Shown one piece after another: positions 1-12,285 of a DNA stretch of 64,000 nucleotides. The stretch lies in assembly GCF_001194135.2 (NCBI RefSeq), contig NC_068981.1, positions 106,661,628 to 106,725,627 of the forward strand, written 5' to 3'. Both the position numbers and the translations under genes were made by a program. Under the pieces are notes generated by a model. It saw only the letters and a program-made list of their open reading frames with translations, did no database searches and was not told the origin of the DNA. The stretch comes from Octopus bimaculoides (lineage: Eukaryota). The first letter of the stretch is position 1. Each line of letters starts with the position of its first letter.

Positions 1-1397
1 GTGACCGGGTTGCGTGCATGGTTATGAAGGTGTATAAATATTTAGATTATCTGAATTACTGCTAAGGAAACCTGTTATTACTATTATCATATTGTTAGAA
101 AAAATAACGAAACGAAAAGAATGAAATAGGAAAGGAAAGAAAATTTACACATTTTTTTTTGTAAAGAATTTCATTATGTACTCGTATATATTACATTGCT
201 ACTACTGTTGTTTACTGTCCCCGTTCATTCAGCTATGTACTACTAGAACAGTTATTAGTGTTGTATATATACTTGCTCTGCAAACTTATATAGCTATACT
301 CGTTGAACATTCCATTTTTAGAACTATAAATTCTTCCTGCTGTTTTCCATTTCTTCTTCTGTCCATCCTTTTCCTGCATACAACCGTTAGTTCATATTTA
401 CAGTGAAATAACTTATCGGAACAAACTGGAAGAAGGTATGTTACCATTGATGGAATAGGAGAGAACCAACAATTGTATTACACATACACATGATTTATTT
501 TTAAGCAGTCATTAATTGTCTCTTAGTTTTTATTTTATTTGATATTTTTATGCAGACACTTCGTTTAGATCAATTTAATAAGTAGATCAGTTTGTTGCTG
601 AGCATGTTTGCCAGTGCTATAGTAACGCTTTCGGGTCCCATGATACTTTCATCTTAACACTTGCGTGCATTCGCTCTTTTCTTTTTTTTTTCCTAGGAAT
701 ATTTTACTTGTGAAAGAATCTGTATTTTCCCCACCCTTGTCCTTTGTGCGTAAATGTATAGCACCTAAATTTCTGGCTAATTTCAGATATATGTATATAT
801 AAAATCGTTGTCTTAATATTTATTCACAGCACCGTCCCATGGCGATTACATTTCTAATTGGAGCCTCGAATTTTATTTTCAGTCGATTGCTATACATGTT
901 TTACTGTTGACAATGTTTTTACACTCTTGAGTAATGGTGATTGTTAATTATGAATACGACAAACCTCTGTGTGCACACTGACAAATACAAGTGTTTTACG
1001 ACCCAGTGACATCTACTTGGTTACTTGATTTAGAAACAGAATCTAAGTTTTATTAAAATTTTACCCTTACTATCTAAAATATGAAGAAAACATAGGTTGA
1101 TGTATTCTTAGCTATGATTTCTGCAAAGCAATCACAGGATAGTTAAGACTGGAACACCCTCGATCATAAGTCTGTTCTAAAAAGGAGACCTAGGGCTAAA
1201 CAACAACACCAGCGTTTTCAGTGTGTCGATTTCATTAAGACATTCCGTAAAGGTTTTTCTTGAATTGATTGTATGTTTACTTAATGTTATCTCACTCTTC
1301 ATCTGCAATGTTATCTAATTCGAAAATGTATCCTGTTTATTTAAAGATATATGCATATTGTATGCGCGTGCTTGACGTATGTATAACCTGTGTGCAC

Positions 1398-1453
<56 letters not shown>

Positions 1454-1454
1454 A
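1398..1454. repeat. Compound microsatellite (TC)n(TA)n(TG)n
   Basis: Directly visible dinucleotide runs. Confidence 0.95.
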
Positions 1455-1858
1455 TGATACGTATTGCAATAACGTCTATGAGTGCGCGCTCGTATATACA
1501 CTTACGCATGTTTGCAATGCTTTCTTGATTTTGAGCTGTGACTCATTAGAACAGAACATTTGTAAACCATTTACATAGACAGAATATATAAGGATTTTAA
1601 AAATTCTTGTAACGATTTCATCCTGCGAACATATCAACAAAATTATGCTATTTACATAAATACGTTTTCCTGGTATTTCCTGTCTGTGCAAAAAATAGGA
1701 GTTCTTTTGTCCGACCTTAGCCTTCATTTAGCAGAGATCTATAATCGAAGGCGTGCTAATCGTCTCTAGGGCCACAGTGTGTGAATGTTTCTTTCATTTA
1801 AGTTGTAGAGTGTGATCTGAAGGAGAATTTGCTGCTATTTCTCGTAACACGAACGACT

Positions 1859-1881
1859 ATGTGGAAGCTGTTTAACCTCAG
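1859..1881 (+). CDS. Possible first coding exon segment (MWKLFNL-R), phase-2 end
   Basis: ATG at 1859 and donor CAG|GTCAGC at 1882. Phase matches candidate exon 13349. However, the donor lies in a sequence resembling a dispersed repeat. Confidence 0.2.
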
Positions 1882-4800
1882 GTCAGCCATGATCGAGCAG
1901 ACAAATGATCAGTTATATTATGGTGATGGCCATCTCTCTCTCTTTTTTTTTTACACTTTCAAGATAGTAAGGTGTGATTTTAGGAAAATTTACCTGTTAT
2001 TTCTAACAAGTGAAGCATCTTTGCACAACCTCCCCCCATTGATTAGCTGATGTTCGATTTTATTGTATCATGAGTAAATATAAGAGCCACAACTATACGG
2101 CTTATGTGAATGATGTGTTTATACGGTGCCAAATTGTGGTTGCTCACCTGACCAAACAGATTTAGGGGTAAAGGCATTCCAGCCACTACCTTTCGCACTC
2201 TTTGGTAGTATCTAGGACTTCTTTATCTTTTATGGCTTTCCATTTTTAAGAGTTTGATAGATATTTAGTTGCTTTTTCTAGCATAGAGCGCTCTGGTTTA
2301 CGATACCAAGTGATACATTGTAGAACCACTGTTTATAAATAATATCAAATCTTTACTGGAGCTATTATGCATGTGGGAGTTGGAGAAAGTTTGTTTGAAA
2401 CACACACCTGTTGTTATTTTATATTGTTGACCGTTTCTTGAGTTTGTTTTAGAATTATTTTATTAGTATCGTATTTTTCTGAATTTATTTTTTTATTTAG
2501 TAAATCAACCTTATTCCTTGAAGTTTAAACGCCTTATTAATAGCAAGCATTTTACTGAAATAAATTACATACTCCTGATATTTTAAATTGTCTATTTCGT
2601 ATATAATACCTTTTTTTTTTGTCTTTTACACTGTATCTGATGGCGGTAGTCTAATTTACCCTTGCAATAATATTTACAATAGTTAGTCTGCCTTTTTTGT
2701 TGGATTTTTGTCCCCATTCGCATAGATTTCGAAAATCTAACAACTTCCAGGAATTTGAAGAACGGTTACTGGTGATTATATTTTTTTATGTTTGTTTACG
2801 TGGTTCTTTATGCGCACAAACATTGTCGCATGAAATGCATTATATTCCATACACACAGGTTGTGTGTGTGTAAACACACACACATCTTCAGTTCGGTTCA
2901 GGAAAACACCAGCCAACATGTTTTGATATTGTTATTCATAACGTCTACCATTTGCATTGTAGTATTTTGGGAAGAATTTAGAGTGAAGTTGTGCATAGCT
3001 CTAACATGGCAGTTACAAATAACCACCAAACAATGTTTGTAAGGTAGGAGTAATTATTGACTTTGTACATCGTTGAGGTCTCTTAAGGTAAACTGAAGGA
3101 AGCTATTTGAGAATTGTGGTTTTTATCTGTAGCAAGTGATGAGCTGAAACCTGACTGAGATAGGATTTAAGGAAAGGAAAAAAAAAAAGAAGGAAAAACG
3201 CCATGTTAAGAATTGAGATCACTTAACAAGTGTCAACACCCTTGAAACAAGTTTGATTTACTTAAGTGAAAGTGAAGGAGTGTATGAATGGAGTATTCTA
3301 AAAAAATGTTCAAATAGCTGAAGTTTCATTCTTTTTTTGGTGAAGGAAAATAAAAACCTAGCGGCTATTGTTAATCACAATCGAAGAAAAACAATTTCGA
3401 GACAAAGTAATTTCACTAAATTAATTTGCATGCTTTGAGGGAAATCTGATTTTTGTTTGCAAGCAGTGGGATAGCCTTAAACATATGTGGAGAAAGAAGA
3501 AGAAAAAACCCCATAATAATTTAAAAATAATTGTATGAGAATAATACTGTATAAATAGAAGAGTGAGGGAAAACCAAGTAGAGAATAAATATAGAACTCT
3601 GATGATAAATAGTCTTATACTTGGATTTGTTACATAGTTTTGAATTCCTTTTGTGAATAAGCATTCGTTTTATAAATTTTGTATGGGTTTGTCTACATAT
3701 ATTTTTGTTTCCTTGTATATTTTAATGTTTATTTGCTTGAATCAGAATTTCATAGAAAAAAAAAACAACAAAAAACTGCATGATAATTTTGTAAATTTCC
3801 AAAGCAAAAGGCTGATGTCCATTTATGAATACAGATAATTCTACCAAAAAAGTGAGGATATTTCACATTTTCTGTTGTGTTACTGGAATTCTGTTGCATT
3901 ACTGGAATTTGGCCTCCAGTTTAATACCCTACAAATTCATCGACTGCATACATTTGACTGTAACTAATGCTTCTCTAAGAAAAAGATTTAATTATATTTG
4001 TAACTTGGATAGATAGGAATTTTGGTATTTCTTTGTTGTATTATCTTGAAGACAATTGTTTCAGAAACTGTTTACCTGTTCACAGAACAAATGGAAAATA
4101 AAAACCTTCAATTGTTTTAGTTCTTTCAAGATATGAAGGTAAATTAATTTAACTGAAAGAATTTTAATTGTTCTTGCGATTCACCATATTTTAATGTTGC
4201 TTAGTAGTAAAAACAACAGAAACAAACTAACAAAAAATTTTTCTTTCTTTGTGCTTATATTATATTTAGTAAATGGGAGTGCTCTTTCGGTAATCATTTT
4301 CAAGAGACTTTTTAGCAATTTAGAAAAACAAGTGTTTAAATTTACTCACTGATTAAAAAATTTTTTTTAACTTATTGGATGTCCCTTTTTTGAAATATTT
4401 TCACAATATAATGATTTGGTTGTTTAAAATTCATTTATTATGCCGAACAGCTGTATTTAACGAATTATTTACTTCAGACTGCAACAATCATATTTCATTG
4501 TTGTCAGTTGTTGAACATGCACACACATTCACTCATTCTTATATATATTACATAAAGTCAATAGGCCTGAGAGTTGAATATATACTTATTTAACCAAGTG
4601 ACTTTTGTAGGATAACAGCTGTTTAAATAAACATGGGATTTAAATGTGAGCTGCTATAAGTTTCATGCTCTGATAGAACAATAGTAGATTAAGCTTGTAT
4701 AATGTACTGTGTGCTATCCTGCAGTCTTTTAGGTTAAAAGATTACAGGATAGGACACATCATTCTAATACAAGCTCGTCTAACTACTGAACTGTCAGAGC

Positions 4801-5273
4801 ATGAAACTTAAAGCAGCTCACATTTAAATCCTGTGGTTATTATAATGGTATTTTTCTCACTGGATGGCATGCTTTTTGTTTCTTTTGAGCGCACTACAAC
4901 AGAACAATACACTATAATAATCCCCTCGCCATATCGCGGTTCATTATTTAAGCTTATGTCAATTCCTCCATGGTGGTATTTTGCATTTATAATAAAATAT
5001 ATACAAACAAAAATTAAAAAAAATATACAATACTGTTTCTACTGGGCGGATTTTCACCTATCGTAATACCTGTGATAGTCGAGGGCTTACTGTAGATTTC
5101 ACCCACACACACACGCATACCAGTGACTTTATAGTTAGGAATTTATTTTGTTTGAATTTTATCATAGTCAATATAGGTATAGGTGTGTCTGGGTTGTTTG
5201 TTGTTTGATAGTCTGAGAAATATTACCTTACATTATTTACAATTGATGGATATTTGTCCTCATCTTGTTTGTT

Positions 5274-5321
5274 GTTAACACAATGTTTCAGCTAATATAC
5301 TCTCCAGCCTTCATCAGGTGT
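5274..5321 (-). ncRNA. Degenerate minimal hammerhead ribozyme motif
   Basis: Minus strand reads ACAC-CTGATGA-A-GGCTG-gagagtatat-TAGCT-GAAA-CATT-GTGT. Differences from the sister copy are C>T/G>A changes. Confidence 0.55.
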
Positions 5322-5372
5322 CTTGGGGGAAATTTTGAACCTGGGTTATCATTCCTAAGGTATTTTTCGATG

Positions 5373-5404
<32 letters not shown>

Positions 5405-5499
5405 TGGGTCACTACCTGGAACCTTGGGGTTAGTAGCCCACGTTCTTAACCACTAAGCCATATGCCCACAGGAGAACCCAGTTTCGAAATTTCCCCAAG

Positions 5500-5544
5500 A
5501 CACCTGATGAAGGCTGGAGGGTATATCAGCCGAAACGTGTTAAC
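5500..5544 (+). ncRNA. Minimal hammerhead ribozyme motif (3-nt deletion at the cleavage site/stem I)
   Basis: CTGATGA 5504-5510, extra A, stem II GGCTG/CAGCC, GAAA 5532-5535, CGT. Confidence 0.6.
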
Positions 5545-6826
5545 AACAAACAAGATGAGGACAAATATCCGTCAAATATAAATAATGTAAATAATGTACA
5601 TAATTCCTCATCTCTTAAATATAGAACTGTAAATATTACCTTGTTTGAAAAAGGCAACAGGTATCTACTATAGGAAATACTACCTGAATGAATCTGACCT
5701 ATGCAAGCGTAGAAAAGATGCTAAAAAGAGGATGATGGTGAACTTAAATTAGGTTTAGAATTATTTGAGTTTAGGACATTTTTGAGATTTTTTATTTTGT
5801 GATTTGTTACTGAATTTAATCCATCTAACATAAACTAACAGTATCTATCTTTAGTGAAAGTACATTGATGCTCATGGAGAATTTAAGTCTAGGTTTTGTT
5901 GATTTTTTATAATACTTCTTAACCACAGTCTTGCTGCACCATTGTTTTAATAACAGAAATATTAGTTCATATATAATATACATTCTCAGTTTGGTGTTAA
6001 ATTTATTGGGGGCTTATTGATTGTATTGCTTTCATAGCTGAATTTCTTCCAACTACACATGTAACAGTGTCCCCTTTACTGATCATGATCATTTATTGCA
6101 GATATTGCTCATTCACTTCCTTCATATTTCTTTTCAGTTCCTTTCAACATTGGCTTTCTTCCCAAATGTCCTCTTGTATGTCATTTTCCCTCATTGGCTG
6201 TACTGTAGAAATCTGCTTATCAAAATCTAGTTATCTCAATGGCAGCTATACTTGTGTTAAAACAATTTTATAAAATTCTAACATTTTCAATCATGAAATT
6301 AATTCTGTTTATGAGTTTAATTTATGAATTGTATATAGGTGGTAGAATCAATTTTCTGTTAAATTATTGACTGCAGGTCTGTACATTCAGACCATACTGC
6401 AGTCATCATATTGTGTACTTAGACCATATGCTTTGCACAGTTTACCAAACTTCTCTAATTGCATATATTTTCCACTTCTTTTTCACTGTCAAGTGGTTTC
6501 TAGCATAAAGGGTATGAAACTTTTAAAATATACTTCCACAATTTCAAGAAAATGGCAACATTTACAAAAGCTAAACACACTCATCAGCATGCAAACTAGA
6601 AATGAATAATTAGATGCATATGTACACACTTGTACTTGCATGTCTGTATTCTCCTGATGTAAAAATAATGTCAGTTGCACACATTGACTTGAAAATAAAT
6701 TGCATGTGTTCTAACATGTAATATGGTGAATGATAACCATAATCACATAAGAACTGTCTTCAAATGTTTGACAGTTGCATGAAATGAAAAAAGAACTACC
6801 TTTATTTGTAGAACACTTGTCTATTT

Positions 6827-7151
6827 CAGTGGTTCTCACTGGGGTCCATATATTTTTAGGGGTCCACACAAGCAAAATAATAAATTGGGGATTCACAGTA
6901 GTATATTATGGGCCCGTGAAAAGATTTTGCTTTAGATGCATTTATTGCAAGAAACAGCTAGAATTCTTTCTTTAACATTATACACAGTTTGAACTACACA
7001 AATGAATGTGTGAAAAAAACAAAAACAAAATAGGAATTTTGAAAAAAGTATCTATAAAACTAATTTTTTAAAGATCAAATGACCTTGGGGGTCCACCAAA
7101 ATATATAGTAATCAAAGGAGTCCATAGGTAAAAAATGGTTGAGAACCACTG
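6827..7151. mobile_element. hAT-type MITE
   Basis: Perfect 12-bp TIRs CAGTGGTTCTCA...TGAGAACCACTG. Homologous to 30644-30858, which retains an 8-bp TSD. Confidence 0.75.
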
Positions 7152-7522
7152 TTCCACGCCTTGCATTTGTTGTGCTCTCTGTCTTGAACCCACATTCTTT
7201 CAATTTTACAGGGGTCATCTGTATCCCTCACACTTCTCTTTCTGTATGTTAATCTTATCATTTGACTTCTAATTAACTACACTGATCATAGTATTCACAT
7301 CCCTTATCTTTCTAACTGTAACTTAAACTCCTTTCACACCAGACCTTCTCTACTTTCATGATGAGAATTTTAACATCTTTCTTCAGTGGAAACTCATAAA
7401 TACTTCAGCAACACAAAAACACTATCATTGCACAAACCAAAGAAACACTGTTGTTTCAAGAACAGTTGAATAATGTCACTATGAAATCTATACCTCATAA
7501 TCTTTTTTGATTTCTCATGCTC

Positions 7523-7570
<48 letters not shown>

Positions 7571-7600
7571 TATATGTGCGTGTATATGTATATTATATAT

Positions 7601-7932
7601 GAAGGTGCATGGGTCAGTGGTTAAAGCGTTGGGATCATAATAATGAGGTAGTGAGTTTGATTCTCAGACCAGGCTATGTGTCGTGTTCTTGAGCAAGACA
7701 CTTCATTTCATGTTGTTTCAGTTCACTCAGCTGTGGAAATGAGTTACAATGTTACTGGTGTCAAGCTGTATTGGCCTTTGCTGATCTTGGATAACATCAG
7801 TGGCATGGAGAGGGGATGCTGTTAGGTATGGGTGACTGCAGGTCTTCCATAAACAATCTTGGCCAGATTTGTGCCTTGGAGGCGAACTTCCTTGGTGCAA
7901 TCCCATGTTCATTCATAACTGAATTTACCCTT
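7601..7932 (+). mobile_element. tRNA-derived SINE (family C)
   Basis: A-box/B-box-like head and central TTCTTGAGCAAGACACTT...CACTCAGCTGT domain. Reverse copies at 33425-33692 and 62249-62588. Confidence 0.85.
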
Positions 7933-7964
7933 TATTTATATATATATATATATATATATGGTTT

Positions 7965-8150
7965 GTTGATGACCCCACCAATGCTAGTGCCTTGTAAAAA
8001 GTATCCAGTCCACACTCTAAAATAGTTGGTGTTTAGAAGGGCATCCAGCCATAAAAACAATGCTAAAACAGACAGTGAAATCTGATGCAGACTTTTGCTT
8101 AGCCAGCTCCTGTTAAACTGTCCAACCTGTGCCAGCATAGAAATGATGAT
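7965..8150 (+). mobile_element. Degenerate RTE-type LINE 3' terminal module
   Basis: Similar to the AGGGCATCCAGC...TCCAACC..GCCAGCATGGAA...ATGATG module at 24545-24745, 51700-51880 and 56250-56432. Confidence 0.7.
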
Positions 8151-8427
8151 ATATAAAATGTAATTAGGTACAATCTAAACAATTTTTTTATCAAACTGAC
8201 TGTTCAAAGAATTGCTCTCTAGTTATTATTTTACAAAATATTTTTCATACTCTGAATATTAGATATTTTGTAAAAGAACTTCAGAACAATTTTAAATGAG
8301 TTTTTAATTTAATTGTTATTGATGACAGATATTTTCTAAAATATATTTTGGGAAATTTATCTATAGGACAATTTTTAAATATAGAATAATTTTTAATATA
8401 AAATATGTGCAACAGATTTCAGATATT

Positions 8428-8653
8428 TTAAACTTTTAGCATTCAGATTTTTCTGTCAAATGTAATGTTTGTTTATTTATAGTTTTAAATTCATCATGCT
8501 TTATCTTGTACTTTAGAGATGTTGATGATATGATTGCTTAGTTTTAGAATGACATTTTAGGGATGAGGTTAGAGGCCGGATCTGGCCAGTTTCAATATGG
8601 AACAAGTTAAATATTTTGGCCAGATATGGCCAGTTTGAATGCTAAAGAGTTAA
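8428..8653. mobile_element. TTAA (piggyBac-type) MITE
   Basis: Ends TTAAACTTTTAGCATTC...GAATGCTAAAGAGTTAA. Second copy at 62210-62790. Confidence 0.75.
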
Positions 8654-8837
8654 GTATATTCTTTTGTAAAATAATTTTAGCTATAGAACAATTGGTTAAA
8701 AACTGGTTGACAACAAGCAACCAGTCAAAAGTGGTCTGATCAGTGGTTAAAACAGAAACTAGTCATGTGATGTGTAGAGTGATCATTGTACATTAAAGTT
8801 AATGAATAAAACATTAACATAACTTTTCATACAGTTA

Positions 8838-8857
8838 GGTATGTGTATATATGTATG

Positions 8858-8930
<73 letters not shown>
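8838..8930. repeat. (TA)n(TG)n microsatellite
   Basis: Directly visible. Confidence 0.95.
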
Positions 8931-8931
<1 letters not shown>

Positions 8932-8939
8932 GTAAATCC

Positions 8940-9135
8940 AAAAACACTGAAGAACAAACACAAGAAAAAAAACAACAATGTGAGGTCATGGTACATGCAA
9001 AGTATTAGCAGATGCTCTGGGAGGGAAAGAAAGATGGATTTACGTTTCGAGCAAAGCTCTTCATCAGAAACAAGAGATGGGGGAAAGTCCAAGAGAAAAG
9101 GAAGATGGAGGAAAAAAATCGCCAACGATCCACAT
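8940..9135 (-). mobile_element. Dispersed repeat with Penelope-like hammerhead terminus (family 2)
   Basis: Colinear with 55682-55880 (ACGTTT.GAG...GCTCTTCATCAGAAA...AAAATCGCCAACGAT). Confidence 0.7.
9037..9071 (-). ncRNA. Minimal hammerhead ribozyme motif, core intact
   Basis: Minus strand reads GTTT-CTGATGA-A-GAGC-ttt-GCTC-GAAA-CGTA-AATC. Confidence 0.6.
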
Positions 9136-10269
9136 GGAACTATTAAAATATGCTTCTACAATTTCAAGAATAATCTTGACACAGTAAAAACAAATGCCTA
9201 AGAAGTTTATTTTGCAACCACAAAGTACTCATATACCTGGGAAAGTGTTGCTACTATATTTGCCTACATCCTGTATTTTTTCTTGCATTTGTATATATTC
9301 TTTGTTAATGTACACAGACATACACCCATATACAGTGGGTTTCTGCACAGTTTCCTTGTCGCAAATTCCACTCACATGTATTGGTCAACTTTACTGAGAC
9401 ACACTAAATTTCATTTGCCAATCAAGATATAACATGGTTATTTTCAGTAGAGGGTGTTCATTGTGTTTCATTTTACTGTTCAAATATTATTGACAAACAA
9501 ATGCAGTGAGAAACCTATTTATTTGAACTGTATTAATTATTCAAACATTTTTGTAATAATTGAAGTTGTCTTAAAATCATTTCTAATTTTTTAAAAGAGA
9601 ATTTGAAATAATTTTAATCTGTCTAGCTTTATAGCTATATAAGTTTAATATTTTCATTTTCAACTAGTATAGTTGAATGTTCAGTATTAGGAATTTTGAG
9701 ACAGATTCTTCAAATAGTTTTAGACAAATAGAATGAGTATAATGTTTACATTGGCTTAAATTCATTCATTAAAATAAGTTTGTAGGATTTAAAATTTTGT
9801 CAGTGGAAAGTAGGAAAACCAATTCATTAGATGTATCAGTAACAGTTGCACTTGATATATTTTTGCCAGGTAACATTTTAAAGACAGTTATATATTTTAT
9901 TTGAAAGATTATTGATTTGGCTACTGGAATTGGAAAGAATAACTTTTGTTTTCCCTTGAGAAAAGAATTGTCTTTATGAGCCAAACTTCCTGGAAATTTG
10001 AAACCTGTGTGACATTCTTGATTCAGGGTTGAAGTTATACCTTTTGCAAGAGACAAACAAATTTGGTTGTTTGATCACTAATGTGGTTAGGAATTTTTTG
10101 ACTGAATATGCAAAATGTCAGTAATGCTATAAAATATGAAGGGCAGCTGTTCCGCTACTAAGTTCCATGTTCTAACTGAAGCCTTTTGATAAATTGTTGC
10201 ATAAAAAACATGGTCAAAACTACCACCAATATGATAAAGAAATTCACCTTTGGACAAAACATGCCCTTT

Positions 10270-11286
10270 ATGTCTTGTACAACACTCCTTGTACTCAAGT
10301 ATTCATTGTATTGGCTGTACTCAAATGTCAGCAAACCTGGAAATGAGGCGGTCACTGAAGAAAGGGCAAAAAACGTCCATTGATACTCTGGCTGTGTGGG
10401 CTGTTGCCCCATCCTGCTGAAACCACATGTTGAATAGGGATACGTTTTCATCAGAATTCAGGCACAAAGAAGTTATTCATCATCTTGATGTCATGCTCAG
10501 AGTTCACAGTAACAGCATTTCCATTATTGTCTTCAAAAAAGTAAGGACCAATGACAGCAGCTTTTCCAACAACACATCAGACCATCATGTTTGGGCTGTG
10601 CAGTGGTCTTTCATGCAGTTCTCTTGGATTTTCAAGAGCCCAGTAACGACAGTTCTTTTGATTCAGCATGTCATTGAGATGAAAATGAGCTTCATCACTC
10701 ATTAACAAAATGAGGTTGTCATTTGCCTCAAAAATTGTTTCCATCTGAAGTGCAAAGTTAAGCCCCTGTGCATAGTCTTATGGTTTCAACTGTTGCCCAG
10801 TGACCAATTTGTATGGGTGGAAATGCAGGTCTTCATGCAAAATATGCCTTACCGATGCCAAGTTCAGTAGAATGCCTCCGAGCTGAGTGATTTGGACTCA
10901 AAGCTTGTCTGATGTGTTCCACATTTTCCAGGGTCCATACCGTTTGTGGTGCCCCCACTGGTCTCCTATTAATTAGTGTAACTCGTGTACGAAGTGCATT
11001 CACCCATTGTAAGATTGTAGTATGGGTGGCAACAGCCTGATTTTGGTGAATGTTGAAGAGACACTGAAACTCACGCTGAACTGCTGTGACAGACTTGTTA
11101 TTCTTCACGTAACTGTCATAGGCAAACACGCAATGCTCTATTGTTCACAGTACCATGGCTTCACCTGAAAAGGAAAAAAAATGCTAAGACACCATGGACC
11201 AAATGGTACCTGTTGGACATCTGTCCCTCCTGCTGGGGCTGAGTAATAGCCATTTCAAAAACGTCTGTCCTTTCTGCCCCACCCTG
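10270..11286 (-). mobile_element. Degenerate Tc1/mariner-superfamily transposon (transposase pseudogene with N-terminal HTH)
   Basis: Broken frames give SVTAVQREF...TILQWVNAL (HTH), MSDEAHFHLN, RYWALENPRELHERPLHSP, GPYFFED and WFQQDGATAHTAR. Terminal TA-CAGGGTGGGGCAG at 11288-11274. The SPDL region and second TIR were not found, so the left boundary is approximate. Confidence 0.9.
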
Positions 11287-12067
11287 TATCAGAAAAAAAA
11301 AATTACAATAAATAAAAATGGAGCATTTGAACAGATATCAAAAATGTCTGTTTGAAAGGCTTGAACAGAAGTATTGTCTATTTTTCTATAAACATTAAAA
11401 AAGTTTTTCTTTCCCATGAAAGTCTTTATTAGTGTTTGCATCTCTCTATGGCATGTAAATTGAAACAAATTTGCAAGCTTGAGCATGACCTTTTCATAGT
11501 TCATTTCAGGTACTGTGTCTTTTCTTTCTGGGAAATGTGGTGCAGCTATTACTAACAGGCTGGGTGACTCTATAAAGACTTCTTTGTTGGTTCATAACTT
11601 TTTAAGTGTATAGTGTAAATAAAAAAGTGTTATCAGAGTGTTCATTTACTGGTAGAAGGGTTTATAATTTGTAGACCCTTGTAGATGTGTTCTTGTTTCG
11701 TTTTATTTTGATGACTGCTTTTTCATGCTTGCATAGATTAGATGGAATTCAATGAGGCATATTTTCTATGGCTGGATGCCTTTCCAGTTGGCAGCCTCCA
11801 CCTGTTTTCATGGTGTTTACATGATAGATACACACATATATATTATGGGCTTTTTTCATTTCCCATGTACCACATCCAATGTTTTGATCAAGCTATCACT
11901 AGAGTAGAAAGTACTTGCCTAGGGTGCCATGCAGTGGGATTGAAACTGAAAGTACTCGGCTCTTATTAGTTTAAGTCACTTAGCCATAATGGTAATATAG
12001 CATAAATTGTACTGTTCACTAATACAAACTGTAGGGATGCTATATGATTGTTGAGAGTTTCATTTAC

Positions 12068-12285
12068 TTAACCCTTTGGTTATGATATTTTTGCTGAAAT
12101 GCACTGCATTTGTTTCAATTAATTCTAAATATAATGAAGAATTTAGTAAAGTAATTCTGTTATTATTAAGCTGGTGTTTGGAACATAAATTATCATTGAG
12201 TTTTGATGAAAAGTTTTAACTGAGATTATTTTAAAGCATGAAATGTTTTATATCATAAAACCAAGGGTGCTATCAAAAGAGTTAA
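12068..12285. mobile_element. TTAA-type MITE (second family), degenerate
   Basis: TTAACCCTTTGG ... CAAAAGAGTTAA termini. Confidence 0.55.

Larger units (their letters stand above)
5230..5630. mobile_element. Non-autonomous Penelope-like/SINE-like element: antisense tRNA-headed copy plus truncated sense copy in inverted orientation
   Basis: ~120-bp inverted arms (5230-5350 vs 5474-5592). 12-bp direct repeat AAATATTACCTT at 5218-5229 and 5631-5642. tRNA-like head on the minus strand ending near 5467. Confidence 0.8.

Noticed and set aside
404-435. Small exon-like segment (EITYRNKLEE) with ag/gtatgt borders, plus a strong acceptor near 696
   Set aside because: Could be 5' UTR or upstream coding exons, but there is no independent support. 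Not called.
9787-9870. 84-nt open exon-like segment (FKILSVESRKTNSLDVSVTVALDIFLP)
   Set aside because: Weak pyrimidine tract, and phase 1-1 does not fit the neighbouring candidate exons.
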